Positions 42,437-56,995 of a DNA stretch of 64,000 nt are shown piece by piece (within the stretch, counting starts at the first letter, position 1; each line of letters begins with the position of its first letter). Under the pieces are notes generated by a model. It was given only the letters and a program-made list of their open reading frames with translations. It was not told the DNA's origin and made no database searches. The position numbers and the translations under genes are program-made. Source of the stretch: Eledone cirrhosa (Eukaryota); the NCBI GenBank assembly GCA_964016885.1, contig OZ024757.1:28768001-28832000 (forward strand), given 5' to 3'.

Positions 42437-42659
42437 CCCTTTAGTATTTACATTACTCTATAGTTACTATTATATTTTCATGGTACGGGCTTTATCTCAC
42501 ATAATTACCTCACATAATGTCGAATCTATGAGATTTTGATATTCTTTATTTTGAGAACAATACCTTAACATCAGTATGAGTGGCTGGGATTACAGCCTGT
42601 TTGAACAGAAAGAGGTGAGAGAATTCTGGCCGGATACGGCTGGTTTAAATGCTAAAGGG
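42437..42659. mobile_element. piggyBac-type MITE family A, complete
   Basis: TTAA TSD on both sides; TIR ccctttagtattta / taaatgctaaaggg. Confidence 0.9.
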
Positions 42660-42907
42660 TTAAAGTCAAGATTCCTGGCCAACATTTCAATGTGCATATA
42701 GTTCATGGATTACACAGCCAGAAAACAGTGACATTTCATGGAGGACTAGCAAGGTTTAATTTTAGTTTTAAGTCTCCCACCTACAGTATAATGCAGCACC
42801 GTGACCGTCTCCTCCTACCAGCACCTTGGTCATAGTCCATTGTTTGGAAGAGTTTTTCCCTTGCACTCCTGCCACCTGGACCATTAGCATCTGACAGCAT
42901 CACCATT

Positions 42908-43270
42908 AATGATAATGAAAATTATTGTGTATAGTGCTCAGGTGCACTACAACCCATCAAAGGTGCATGTATAGTACATAGAATAATGTAGAAATGTCAG
43001 GAAAGTGAACAGTGTATGAGTCATTGATAGACACAGACATAAACACACACTTGCATGCATGTGTATGGAGGGGGAATATCAGGTGTAGTGTTGGCGAATT
43101 TCGGGAAGCATGGAAGTTTTGAAGGACCAGTGTCCCGACAGCTAACAGCTGATGCAAGTACGTTGTTCCAAGTTCCATGCTTCAGCAAGTCTGAGCATCA
43201 AAAAATGTTTCCGAAAGTCATGAGAGCTGTGTTGTTTTCTGATTTTGTAAGCATGTCCACGGTTAGACCA
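42908..43270 (-). mobile_element. CR1-type LINE 3' end
   Basis: Minus strand RKQHSSHDFRKHF..RLAEAWN... resembles the CR1 RxxFFxxRVxxxWNxLP terminus; 3' UTR copy at 22842. Confidence 0.68.
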
Positions 43271-43613
43271 TAACCACCATTACTATCATCAACAACTTCA
43301 CTATCAAGTTCCCCAGCATCATCACTATCACCAACAAAGTATACAAGTATTTCAAAGTCCAAAACACTTCCAATACAAAGTAATTTGGGTACAGAATTCT
43401 GTACTAAATGCCAGAACTTTAGCTAGTATTTTCTCTCTTATATTTAGTATTTGTTGTCTCAGGTACCTTGGTACACATTTTAGAAAGAAAAATTCTTACT
43501 TATTATTCATTCAGTTTTTTTCTCTCTAATAGCGTTAAGTAGGATTTGCCAAAGATCCCTGGTGAGAAGACGTACATACATATGTGTATGTGCATATATA
43601 TAGGCATATATAT

Positions 43614-43675
<62 letters not shown>

Positions 43676-44057
43676 GGATAAAAACATATATATACATAGG
43701 TATGGATAAATATATATATATGTATATATAAATATTTATATGGTATGTGCATGTGTGTGTATATATATATATATATATATGCATATTTATAAATATATGT
43801 ATGCATATATATATATATATATACACACACACATACACACATATGTGTATGTGTGTATATATATATATATGCATATTTATAAATATATGTATGCATATAT
43901 ATATATACCCACACATATGTGTGTATGTGTGTGTATGTACATATGAATTATTAAGTCTGACACAATGCGATAAATATGAAAAACTAAACCACAAGATAAT
44001 GATGTGTCTCTAATGTTTAATGTATTAATTGCAGAGGACATAGCTGATGTATATACG

Positions 44058-44089
<32 letters not shown>

Positions 44090-44310
44090 CACACTTATAT
44101 GAAACAAACATACACACATATATTTATATATAAAACACAAACATATTCATACACATTACACACATATACTCAGAAACACATATATACACATACATACATA
44201 ACAAGCAGATACAGACACACATATATACAAACATACAAATATACACACACAAATATATACATACAAATCTATATCAACACACAGATTTACAAACACACAG
44301 ACATACATAC

Positions 44311-45540
44311 ATGGTACACAAACAAACGTATACATCAGCATATACACACTGGTACACAAACAAACATATACATCAGCATATACACACTGGTACACAAACA
44401 AACATATACATCAGCATATACACACTGGTACACAAACAAACGTATACATCAGCATATACACACTGGTACACAAAAGTATACATCAGCATATACACACTGG
44501 TACACAAAAGTATACATCAGCATATACACACTGGTACACAAAAGTATACATCAGCATATACACACCGGTACACAAACAGATGTATACATAAGCATATACA
44601 CACTGGTACACAAAGAAACATATACATCAGCATATACACACTGGTACACAAACAAACGTATACATAAGTATATACACACTGTACACAAACAAACATATAC
44701 ATAAGCATATACACACTGGTACACAAATAAACATATACATAAGTATATACACACTGGTACACAAACAAAAGTATACATCAGCATATACACACTGGTACAC
44801 AAACAAACGTATACATCAGCATATACACACTGGTACACAAACAAACATATACATCAGTATATACACACTGGTACACAAACAAACATATACATCAGCATAT
44901 ACACACTGGTACACAAATAAACATATACATCAGCATATACACACTGGTACACAAATAAACATATACATAAGTATATACACACTGGTACACAAACAAACAT
45001 ATACATCAGCATATACACTCGGGTACACAAACAAACATATACATCAGCATATACACACTGGTACACAAACAGATGTATACATCAGCATATACACACTGGT
45101 ACACAAACAGATGTATACATCAGCATATACACACTGGTACACAAAAGTATACATCAGCATATACACACTGGTACACAAACAAACATATACATCAGTATAT
45201 ACACACTGGTACACAAACAAACATATACATCAGCATATACACACTGGTACACAAACAAACATATACATCAGCATATACACACTGGTACACAAACAAACAT
45301 ATACATCAGCATATACACACTGGTTCACAAACAAACATATACATCAGCATATACACACTGGTACACAAACAAACATATACATAAGCATATACACACTGGT
45401 ACACAAACAAACATATACATCAGCATATACACACTGGTACACAAACAAACATATACATCAGCATATACACACTGGTACACAAACAAACGTATACATAAGC
45501 ATATATACACTGGTACACAAACAAACATATACATAAGCAT
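44311..45540. repeat. 38-bp minisatellite, about 32 units (actggtacacaaacaaacatatacatcagcatatacac)
   Basis: Tandem units with 34-bp variants; no unique spacers. Confidence 0.97.
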
Positions 45541-46257
45541 AAGAAGATAAATTCACACACATACATAGATACACATACTAAGAGACAGACAGATGCACAC
45601 AAACACACAGTGCTATGAACAAGCGGAGGGGCCAAGACAATATATAAGTCATATTCTCAGAGGTATGAATAATTTCACAGCACTGGTAGTGGTGGAGGTG
45701 GAGAGGGTGGGTAGGAGAGGGGAGGGGGGGCACGATCGAGAAAGTAAGCGAGAACGAGAGGGAGAGATGAGGGTGCCTCCTTCACTCCGCTCCACCTCCT
45801 ACCAACACCTCCACCCCACCACCACCACCCCTCGTCTTATAATGCTGCACCGTGACCTCCTCTCCGCGACCTCGGTTATATTTCATAGTCATTAGCCAGT
45901 CCCTTGTCAGGAAGAGTTCCCCCCCCTGCCTTGCCACCCTGACTATTAGCATCTGACAGCATCACCATCACCGCCACCATCATCTTAACGATTGCCATTA
46001 TCATCATCATTATTATCATCATTATTATCATCATCATTAGCAACATCATCTTTAGGTATATTTTTCCTTAAATTTTAATTTGTATCTATCAGTATACACA
46101 CACACACATATATATATATACACATATACATACATATATATATACATACATATATATATATATATTTATACATATATATACATACATATATATACATATA
46201 TATACATACATATATACATATATACATACATACACATACATATATACATATATATAC

Positions 46258-46305
<48 letters not shown>

Positions 46306-46554
46306 CATATATATATATAGGAATGATGACGATGAATTTATAAATATTTGAATAAATGTATAAATGTATGTATGTGTATAATAAGAGTGTGTATGTGTAC
46401 AGCAATTTATAAATATGCATGTCTAGATATGTAAAGCAATATACACACATACAAGAGCATACACACATATATATAGCATGTAAATAAACATGAGTATATA
46501 TAATGCATATATTTTCATACAAACATATGCTTATATACATATATTTATACATAC

Positions 46555-46611
<57 letters not shown>

Positions 46612-47244
46612 TGCACACACACATTTCTATGTATAATATATATGTATATATAAATATATATCTCACTATATATAAATTTATATATGTATAATGTATAAAT
46701 ATCCATATATCAATACATATATATCATATATATAAATATATAAACATATATATATATATAAATATATCACACACACATATATGTATACACACATACATGA
46801 ATATATATATATATATATGTATGTTAATATATATATATATATATATGTTAATATATATATATATATATATATATGTTAATATATATATATATATTAACAT
46901 ATATATATTAACATATATATATATATGAATATACACACACACACACACACAAACACACATACACATACACACACACACACATATACAATATAGACATATT
47001 TGTGAATCGGTTAGACTTATATCACGTTTCATATTGATGATAAAGGTTAGTGCATGACCAACTGCACTACAGTACCATGGTGCTACACTGACCAAACCGC
47101 CTCTCCCACCTCCGATAAGGTTGAAATGCTGATCCGGTCTGCTCCAGGCTGTACTGGCGCCGCAAGGGATCTAACACAAACATCTATATCTGTCTCTCTC
47201 TCTCTCTCTCTCTTCCTGCACCCTCTATCTCTCTCTCTCTCCAT

Positions 47245-47276
<32 letters not shown>

Positions 47277-47690
47277 CTCTCTTTCTCTCTGTCTCGTCTA
47301 GCAATGATTCTTATTATTTGTCCCAATCTATGATATAAATCTAGCTTGGATGATGTTTAACTATGCAAGATCAAGAGAGGGTGTAGGTGGCTGGAGGGCG
47401 ACGACAAAGAGCAAACAACCATGTTGTATGTTCACATCGGCATGGCACTGCTGTTGCTGATGGTGGTGGCGGTGATATTGGTGGCGGTGTTGGTGGTGTT
47501 GGTGGTAGTGGTGGTGGTGGTGGTGATATTAGTGGCGGCTGGGTGATGGTGAGTTTGGGTTATATCGAAGGAGATAGGTGAAGGCAGTAATGATAGTGGT
47601 GGTGGTAGTGATAGGAGGGGAGAGAGATGTACTGTTTTAAAGTGTGTGTGTATGTAAAGGTCTTTCTTCTGCTGTTGATATTATTATATT

Positions 47691-47724
<34 letters not shown>

Positions 47725-47966
47725 CTTTCAGATATTCATTATATATACGCATACATAAATATATATATATATATATATATTCCACACTGTAAATGTGGTT
47801 GGTGTTAGGAAGGGCATCCAGCTGTAGAATATCTGCCAGATACAGTCCTATACAAGCGAGACACGGTCACCTGATCAATGTTGCCTCAAGTGGGACAATT
47901 CCTGTCTAACCCATGCTAGCATGGAAGGTGGACGTTAAATGGTGATGATGATATATACATATATAT

Positions 47967-48162
47967 ATAGGAACAAGTAGGACCCCGACGGCTGAGCTCA
48001 AGCCGTTTCGACGGCTAATTCTAGTCCAGAATTAGCCGTCGAAACGGCTTGAGCTCAGCCGTCGGGGTCCTACTCGTTCCTATTACCCACTCTACTACCC
48101 TAAGTATTGAGTACTTTGGTGCATTATGGTCCATCTGGTTCCTTACCACATTTCCTTCGTTA
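47967..48162 (+). mobile_element. Fold-back hammerhead-half / pLTR-like module
   Basis: 56-bp inverted arms around agtcc; right arm GAAA cggct-tgagctc-agcc GTC ggggtcc; tail shared with 3385-3446. Confidence 0.72.
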
Positions 48163-48319
48163 TATATATAGTCTGGGCCCAACGGCTGAGCTCTTGCCAT
48201 TTTAACAGCTATTTCCTGACTTTATATATACCCATACTCTACTATCTCAAGTATCAAGTACTCTGTTGAGTAATTGTCTAACTAGTTTCATACTGGTTCC
48301 ACCCTGATGTACATATCTC

Positions 48320-49050
48320 GTCTGAGTAAACTAGCAAAGATCAAAGTTTTACTAAGTAGGAAAGAGGTCAAGATTCTGATCCCAAGATGTAGAAAAAGAA
48401 TAAAAAAGAACTCTATACAATGTAATTAAAGTAAGGTATGGATACACAAGAGGTGTAGTGGGATTGTAGGCAGAATAACAGAAAGTATAGACATTGCCTG
48501 TGGCAGACGTACAGGAATAGTTTCTTGTAAGAGCTGCAGTGAAATAAACTTTTCTAACCTCAAGAAAGTACCATAGAAGTAGTTGATAGATACTTAGGTG
48601 ACTTAATTAGCAGTGGGGGGGGGGGGGGCTTGCTCTCAAAGCATAGTAGCTAGAATAAGAAAAGGCTGGGAAGAGTTTATGGAGCTATAACCTCCGTTGA
48701 CAATAAAGGAATTTTTTCTACAAATGAAGGCTAGATTGCATGATGCTTACATGTGATGTTACATAGCAATGATACATGGGTAGTAAATGCTGAGGAAATA
48801 TGAAAACTGAAGAGAAATGAAGTAAGCATGCTCAATTGGATATGCAATGTTAGTGTGTATGAATAATGGGGCATGGATGAACTGAGAGAAAAGTTAGATA
48901 TAGGAAGAATCAGACATGGTATTCAAGAAAGAAGACTATATTGGACATTTGATGCATATGGATGAGGAATGCATGGTGTAGAATTGGCAGGTGACACCAG
49001 TAGACTGAAGCTACAGTAGTGGAAGACCAAGAAAAACTTAGGCAGAGGTG
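48320..49050 (+). mobile_element. Degenerate RTE LINE fragment
   Basis: Colinear with about 58030-58770 (RYLGDLISS, ARIRKGWEEF, MLNWICNVSV) with many stops. Confidence 0.82.
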
Positions 49051-49194
49051 GGTGGGGGCGATGTGTCTCACATCTCGCTTATATACATCACCACACTCTA
49101 CCAAATGCATTTTATTGTGGCACTAGCACTAAGGAAGTTGTCATGTTGTTGACACAGCTGAAGAGTCCTCCTAACCCTTTGTTAAATTAAAACA

Positions 49195-49485
49195 ATCATT
49201 AGGTTATGTTCCAAATACCAGCTTAGTAATGACAAAAATTATTTATTTTATATTAAACCACACCAAATTATTCATTATTTTTAAAATCAATTGAAACAGA
49301 CAGACAGTAATTTCATTAGAAATATTGTCATGAAATGGTTAACAAAGGTTTGTTAAATAACTAAGCTAGTATTTGGAACATAACTTAAGATTGAAGGTAT
49401 TTTAGATAAATATAAATACTTTAAAACAACTGCTCTGTCTGACAAACCAGGGGTCTTTCCAGAAAGTTTGGTATCAAAAGGGTTA
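49195..49485. mobile_element. Fragments of a second TTAA/piggyBac-type MITE (family B)
   Basis: ttatgttccaaa.accagctta core also at about 3672, 15148 and 30709; end ttggtatcaaaaggg-TTAA mirrors 11964. Confidence 0.6.
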
Positions 49486-52339
49486 AACCACGCTTACACG
49501 ACAAGACAAAAAAAATCAAAAAATCAAAAACATAAACCAACAGAGAATCCAATATAAGATAAATCCAAGATAAAATGAGACAAATAAACAAGCAAAAAGT
49601 TAAACTCCTCTCCACAAAGAACTGCCATAAACAACTAGAAACAAGGCAATTTCTTCAGTTCTTAAAAGGTATATACAGGCACAATTCAACATGGACGCTC
49701 ATCATCTTCTCTTACAAACATTGACATCAGCAGTTTAGCTTCGATTTCAACTTTATTTCTTTCACCTTACATTTTACTGCTCTCTGTCAAGCATTTACCC
49801 TTTAACACCACTCTCTTAGTAAAAAGAATTAATTGCAATGCTGACCAAACAACCAATGACCAACAACCCCACCATCCAACCAATACCATCTCTTCTAAAC
49901 TATTCACGACAGACGCCATTTTGTTTTTCCATTATTTTTCTCTCATATCTTTCATGCTTATGTCTTTATTCTTGTTTATCTATTTGTATTTTTTGTTTGT
50001 TGGCTTTTTTTTTTATTTTGTAGGATTGGTGATGGGTTGGGGGACTTTTTCCTTACAATTCATTCTTTTTATTCTCCTTCCTGGTATTACTATAATTGTT
50101 ATCATCATAATCATAACCTTCATCTTATTTTTCTTCCACTTCATCTTTACTATTATCAACCTTATCATCCTCATCTCCTTAATTGTTATTATTACTGTTA
50201 TTATTACTGTTATTATTATTATTACCATTATTATCACCCCCATTTTGCACACACACACATCCCTCCTCGCTCCAGTTACAGTTAACATATTTGGTGCTTT
50301 CTACTCCCACAGCACCACTCCTTCCACCTTCTATTACACTTTCTCACGAGATTCTTGCAAATTATCCATCACCACAGCGCCATAGCTCTGGATGGTTCTT
50401 GCCCTACCATCTTATGTCTACCACCCCCACACCCCCTCCTTACATATACCGACACCACCCCGACGAACCACAACAGCAACAACACCATCACCACCGTTAA
50501 GACTAACAACAAAACAACACTACCACCACCACAAAGAGCAACAGCACCACAACGACCACCACCACCACACCAAGAGCAACAACACCACGACCACCACCAC
50601 CAAGAGCAACAACAACACCACAACCACCACAAAGAGCAACAACAACAGCAACAGCACCACAACGACCACCACCACACCGAGAGCAACAACACCACAACCA
50701 CCACCGAGAGCAACACCACCACCACCACCAAGAGCAACAACAACACCACCACCACCACCAAGAGCAACAACAACACCACAACCACCACCGAGAGCAACAA
50801 CACCACCACTGCCAATACCACAGACAACAAAAAACAAACAGCAGCAACAACCACCCGGTTGTTCCCCCCAGTCCTCCCATTCGCATGGTATACACTTCGT
50901 CACCCACCCTACCATTCCAACACCACCGCCACCTAGAACAGCAGCAACCTCAACAACCTCATCCCCACCACATCAACATAGGTCATTCGTCCCCCCCATT
51001 CACTTTGTCACCCACCAACACCTCTACCACACCACCACCACCACCTACAACAGCAGCAGCAACCTCATCCCCCACCACATCAACATAGGTCCTTCGTCCC
51101 CCCCCATTCACCCATTCACTTTGTCACCCACCAACACCTCTACCACACCACCACCACCACCTACAACAGCAGCAGCAACCTCATCCCCACCACATCAACA
51201 TAGGTCCTCGGTCCTCCCCATCCACATTGTCACCCACCAACACCTCTACCGCACCACCACCACCACCACCTACAACAGCAGCAACAACCACATCCTCACC
51301 ACATCAACATACGGTCCTCCCCATTCAAATCCTTACACATTGTCGCCCTCCAACACCAACACCACCACCAACAACTTCATCCCCACCGCATCACCATTCA
51401 CCCATTCATATCATATATTCACCCTCTTACACTGTCACATACCACCACCTCTACCACTCCAACACTAACCATTAATTTATTGTCTTGTTGCTAACATTTT
51501 AACAATGCCGCCAATGTCAGGTAAAAATTCCTTTTTCCTTGTTGCTATTTTATTTCTAATCACCAGTAAAAGTCAGAAATGGTCATTTCCACACCTCCAT
51601 ACCACCACCACCGCCCAACACCAACTACCAGCATCACAGCCACCATCACCACTCATTGACCCCCACCAGTAACAGCATCACTATCTTAACCATCCCCACC
51701 ACTAACAACCAACCTTATCACAGCCACCATTACCACTTCTGCAGTCATCAAGACTGCCACCACGACCAACAGCAACTCCCTGCCACCACTACCACGACCA
51801 TACCACCAAATCTACCACTACCACCACCACCTTACAAACCACTAAACATTACCATTGCTGCCACTACCACCACCACCTTACAAACCATTAACCATCACCA
51901 TCACCACCTTACAAACCACTAACAATCACCATCACTGCCACCACCATCATCACCACCACCACACAAACCACTAACCATCACCATCTCTGCCACCACCACC
52001 ATCACCTCCACCAGGACCAACAACACCACCACCACCTTACAAACCATTAAACCTCGCCACCACCACCACCACCACCACCATCACTGCCGCCATCTTATTC
52101 TTGGAGATGATTTTCTAGCTCTTTCCACACGGAGCCAAACTGATTGCTTTCTGGATATTGGCCATTTTCAAGTTTTGTCATTTGTTTTTTTTTTTGTTTT
52201 TTTTTGTATTTTTCTTTCCATTCTCGGATCTGCCACTCTCCTAAACATCACACACCTACCACACCACCAACCACCCAGCTTTATCTTTATATATATATAT
52301 ACACACATATATATATACATACAAACACACAAATATATA

Positions 52340-52373
<34 letters not shown>

Positions 52374-52407
52374 AACACATATATATATACATACATACAC
52401 ACAAATA

Positions 52408-52451
<44 letters not shown>

Positions 52452-52511
52452 TATATATATATATCATCATCATCGTTTAACGTCCATCTTCCACGCTTGC
52501 ATGGGTTTGGA

Positions 52512-52546
<35 letters not shown>

Positions 52547-52714
52547 CATACACACAAATATGTGTGTATATATATATACATACACATATATATATATATA
52601 CATACATACATACATACATACATACACACAAATATATGCGTGCATATATATATATATATACATACACATATATATATACATACACATATATATATACATA
52701 CATACACACAAATA

Positions 52715-52754
<40 letters not shown>

Positions 52755-52899
52755 TATATATACATATACATACATGGAATAAAGATGTTATATGATGATG
52801 TGTGTCTGCATGTGTGTACCATTTTGACAGTTACTTGCCATTGAAACAAAACAAGCTCAGCCGTCGGGCACTAACTCATTATGATACTTATATTTTACT

Positions 52900-52945
52900 T
52901 TGTCTGATGACCCTGTGATAAACAGGCAAAACTACAGAATAACAA
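52900..52945 (+). ncRNA. Degenerate hammerhead motif
   Basis: ttgt CTGATGA c-cctgt-gataa-acagg-c AAAA ctacaga ATA acaa; GAAA decayed to AAAA. Confidence 0.5.
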
Positions 52946-53324
52946 GACTCATTTTATATATATATATATGTGTGTGTGTGGAATAATAAGCTGAACAATG
53001 GTCTCACAAATCTTAACTAGTAAATTCCCATCTATATATATCATCATCATTGTCGTTTTTAAATCCGCTTTTCCATGCTTATATGGGCAGGATAGATCCT
53101 TTTCAGCACAGCATCTCTCCATTCATTGCATTCCTTCGTCATCTCTTCTGTGAGTCTTGGTGATTTGAAATCAGCTCTCACCCCATTAACCTAGCTCTTC
53201 CTCTACTGCAGCTTCCTATTGGGATTTCCTGACACTTCTTCACCCAAGAAGAGAAACTACCCCCAAGTTACCAAACAGAAGGACCAGCTATTGAAGTTGA
53301 CAGTTATGTATGTATGTATGTATC

Positions 53325-53797
53325 AAAGAAGCAATCAAAGAGATGAAGAAAGAATGGCAAAGCTGTAGGACCATCAGAGATAGTTGCTGAGATGCTAAAA
53401 GCATCAGATGTAGGAGTCGAACTAGTAACATGCTTAGTCAATCAGGTAATACAGGACAGTGTCATACCCAATGACTAGCACAGCAATACAATCATAAATT
53501 GCTACAAGAGCAAAGGTGATGCTCTAGAAAGGAGAAACTATAAAAGATTAAAAGTAATGGACCAAGTTAGGAAAAGACTCAAATTAGACGAAATGCAGTT
53601 TGGTTTCATGCCTGGGAAAAGTACTACAGATGCCCTCTTTCTAGTTTGACAACTACTAGAGAAGTTCTTAGCCATTATATTTGGCTTTTGTTGATCTAGA
53701 AAAGGCCTTTGACAGAGTACCTTGATCTATTATCTGGTGGTCCTTAAGGAAATTAGGTGTAGAAGAATGGCTTATCAGATCAGTGCAAGCCATGTAG
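53325..53797 (+). mobile_element. Degenerate RTE LINE RT 5' region
   Basis: GKAVGPSEIVAEMLK...KGDALERRNY...MQFGFMPGKSTTDALF...AFVDLEKAFDRVP with stops. Confidence 0.88.
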
Positions 53798-53803
53798 ATT
53801 CAG

Positions 53804-53848
53804 ACCCTCTGATGACAGTTAAAAAACCAGAAACGGTGCTGTCAGGGT
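53804..53848 (+). ncRNA. Type I hammerhead motif with GUC site
   Basis: accct CTGATGA cagtt-aaaa-aacca GAAA cggtgct GTC agggt; perfect stem I, self-complementary stem III. Confidence 0.75.
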
Positions 53849-54388
53849 GCTCTCTCTTGGTTGTTAAGACTAGTGGTGGATAAATTGTTGCTTCTAAAAT
53901 TCATAGTGAGGCTTCAAAAATGTTTATTTACATTGTGTTGGTGTCACGACAAAAAGCACCCAGCCCACACTGTAAATATGGTTGGTGTTAGGAAGGACAT
54001 CCAGTCATAGAAATCAAACCAGAAACAATTTCTTTTTACCAAACGAAAGAAGGACATTGTTCTGTAAATTTACCATATATATAAAGACCATTTCGATTAC
54101 CACTCTTTTTTTATTCCGCATCCTGAATTTGGTTGCTATTTCTAGTTCTGTAAATGTACCTCCACAAACACAGATGTTATCAGTAAGCACAGTAGTGCAT
54201 GACATGTGTGGGTTGTGTGCAGGTATATGTGTGTGCTTATGTTTTGTAAGCAAGTGTATATATGTACATATATTTGAACCTACAAATACATATACACACA
54301 CACATCTTTCCTGGACTCTATTTCTGTTTGACTGACTCTCTCTCACTGTCTCTCTCTCTCTATATATATATATATGCACATTTATATA

Positions 54389-54461
54389 CAGTGTCCCCCA
54401 AAAATGTATACATACTTCAACAAAATTCTAATCATAGTGTGTATACATTTTGGGGGACACC

Positions 54462-54464
<3 letters not shown>
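54389..54464. mobile_element. About 75-bp Tc1/mariner-type MITE
   Basis: Opposite orientation to 17536 and 29875; TA flanks. Confidence 0.8.
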
Positions 54465-54498
<34 letters not shown>

Positions 54499-54605
54499 CA
54501 CACACACACACATATGCATATATATACACATATATGTACATATATATATACACACATATATATATATACACACATACATATATATACACACATACATATA
54601 TATAT

Positions 54606-54650
<45 letters not shown>

Positions 54651-54715
54651 TATATATATATATATACACACATATATATATAAATATATATACACACATA
54701 TATATAAATATATAT

Positions 54716-54756
<41 letters not shown>

Positions 54757-54875
54757 TATATATATATATACACACATATATATATATATATACACACACA
54801 TATATATATATATATACACACACATATATATATATATATATACACACACATATATATATATATATATACACACAC

Positions 54876-54908
<33 letters not shown>

Positions 54909-55030
54909 TATATATAAATATATATATATATATATACACACACACGTATATATGCATATATGTGCAAGCAGTCTATATGTCTGTATAGCTACATACATAC
55001 ATACATACATACATACATACATACATGTGT
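54465..55030. repeat. (TA)n/(CA)n microsatellite
   Basis: Direct observation. Confidence 0.95.
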
Positions 55031-55458
55031 ACGTGCGTGTGTGATCGGAGCAAAATAATAGAGAGCAACAACAACACAATCAACAAGTAGGAGTGTTGAA
55101 GAAAAGACTAAAAGAGGTTGGTGTGGGGTAGCTGTGGGGTGAGAATGGTGCTGTGTCACCTTATTTATTGAACTGGTCATTTACTAAGCTGTGTAAGTCA
55201 AATTGTCAGAAAAAGATACTAGTTGAAAAGTTTTAATGTGGAAAAACAATGCATTATGGGAAAATAATGGAACCAGTAATGGTTTTTCAGCAGTGATAAT
55301 ATTGTCTATATATATATATGTGTGTGTGTGTGTGTCTTATGTGTATATATGAGTGTGTGTATGTATGTATGTATGTATGTATTTGTAAGTATATATATAT
55401 ATATATACAGTAAATAATCATATATATAAGTATACATATATATGTGCATGTATGTTTA

Positions 55459-55496
<38 letters not shown>

Positions 55497-55658
55497 ATAC
55501 ACTCATATATATAAGTATACATACATATATAGTATATATAATATATATATATATATGTGTGTGCGGGGTGTGGGGGGGGAGGGGTGCAGATACTTAAAGA
55601 TCAACAAGGAAAAATAACACAGAACAGTACAATGATGATATATATTTAACGCTATGTA

Positions 55659-55719
<61 letters not shown>

Positions 55720-56008
55720 CATGTTCAAGCCATGCAAGCATGGAGAAACAAACGTATGATGATATACACACATACCCATATATGTATGTATGTATGTATG
55801 TATGTGTGTGTGTGTAAATACATATGTATATGATCATATCATACATCCGTTCAGTGGGCGGATTTGATTGTAGGAATCTGTTTTGTATTTGGTTGATTAC
55901 TTAGTTAGCATGGGTTTCCATTCTAATGTTGAGCGCTTTAATTATTGCACCATTATTTACTAACCCTGGAATCACCAGTTCCACCCATTAGTAAACAGCA
56001 TAACACAA

Positions 56009-56445
<437 letters not shown>

Positions 56446-56744
56446 AATGAAAATAATAATAACAAAGTCAAGTTATTCTACCTATTTATATCATCGTTTC
56501 AGAAAGTTGATCATATTGACATATTGTCTGATCTATAACAGTTATATAACTGTATACTATCAGACCGTCTTCTTCGGAAACAATGAAGTTAGAATCTTTA
56601 TTAGTAATATATAAACAGGGTAGATATAATAATATAATAATACAAGGACAATTTGTTAAGCCTTCATTACATTTATTATATTATCATATTACACTCTGTC
56701 TAGCTCTACACCTCGCCACTGACGTGAACCTAAACATCTACTGG

Positions 56745-56775
<31 letters not shown>

Positions 56776-56902
56776 ATAGAATACTGTTAGCTTCTCGCTA
56801 CAAAAATTTCTATACTTTTCATTTATATATATATACATGTGTGTGTTGGGCATGCAAGAAGATGAACATGCTTTTGCCTGCTGCATATCACATAAATGTA
56901 AA

Positions 56903-56995
56903 TTCATCTGAGGAAATCGCACCTATAGCAGCAACAAGTGCAAACTACTGCATCTTGCATTGCATACGGGTCACCATAGAAATAATTATAATGAA
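56903..56995 (+). ncRNA. Type I hammerhead motif with extended stem II
   Basis: ttcat CTGAGGA [about 64-nt imperfect hairpin] GAAA taatt ATA atgaa; palindromic ATAATTAT stem III. Confidence 0.65.

Noticed and set aside
44311-45540. CRISPR-like regular array
   Set aside because: Pure tandem 38-bp units with no unique spacers and no cas genes; eukaryotic context
49615-49665. Minus-strand CTGAAGA followed by a hairpin
   Set aside because: No GAAA or cleavage triplet follows
50355-51468. Thr/Pro/His-rich ORFs (also 24044-25063 and 40595-40999)
   Set aside because: Derived from ACC/AAC simple repeats and local duplications; no domain or splice support
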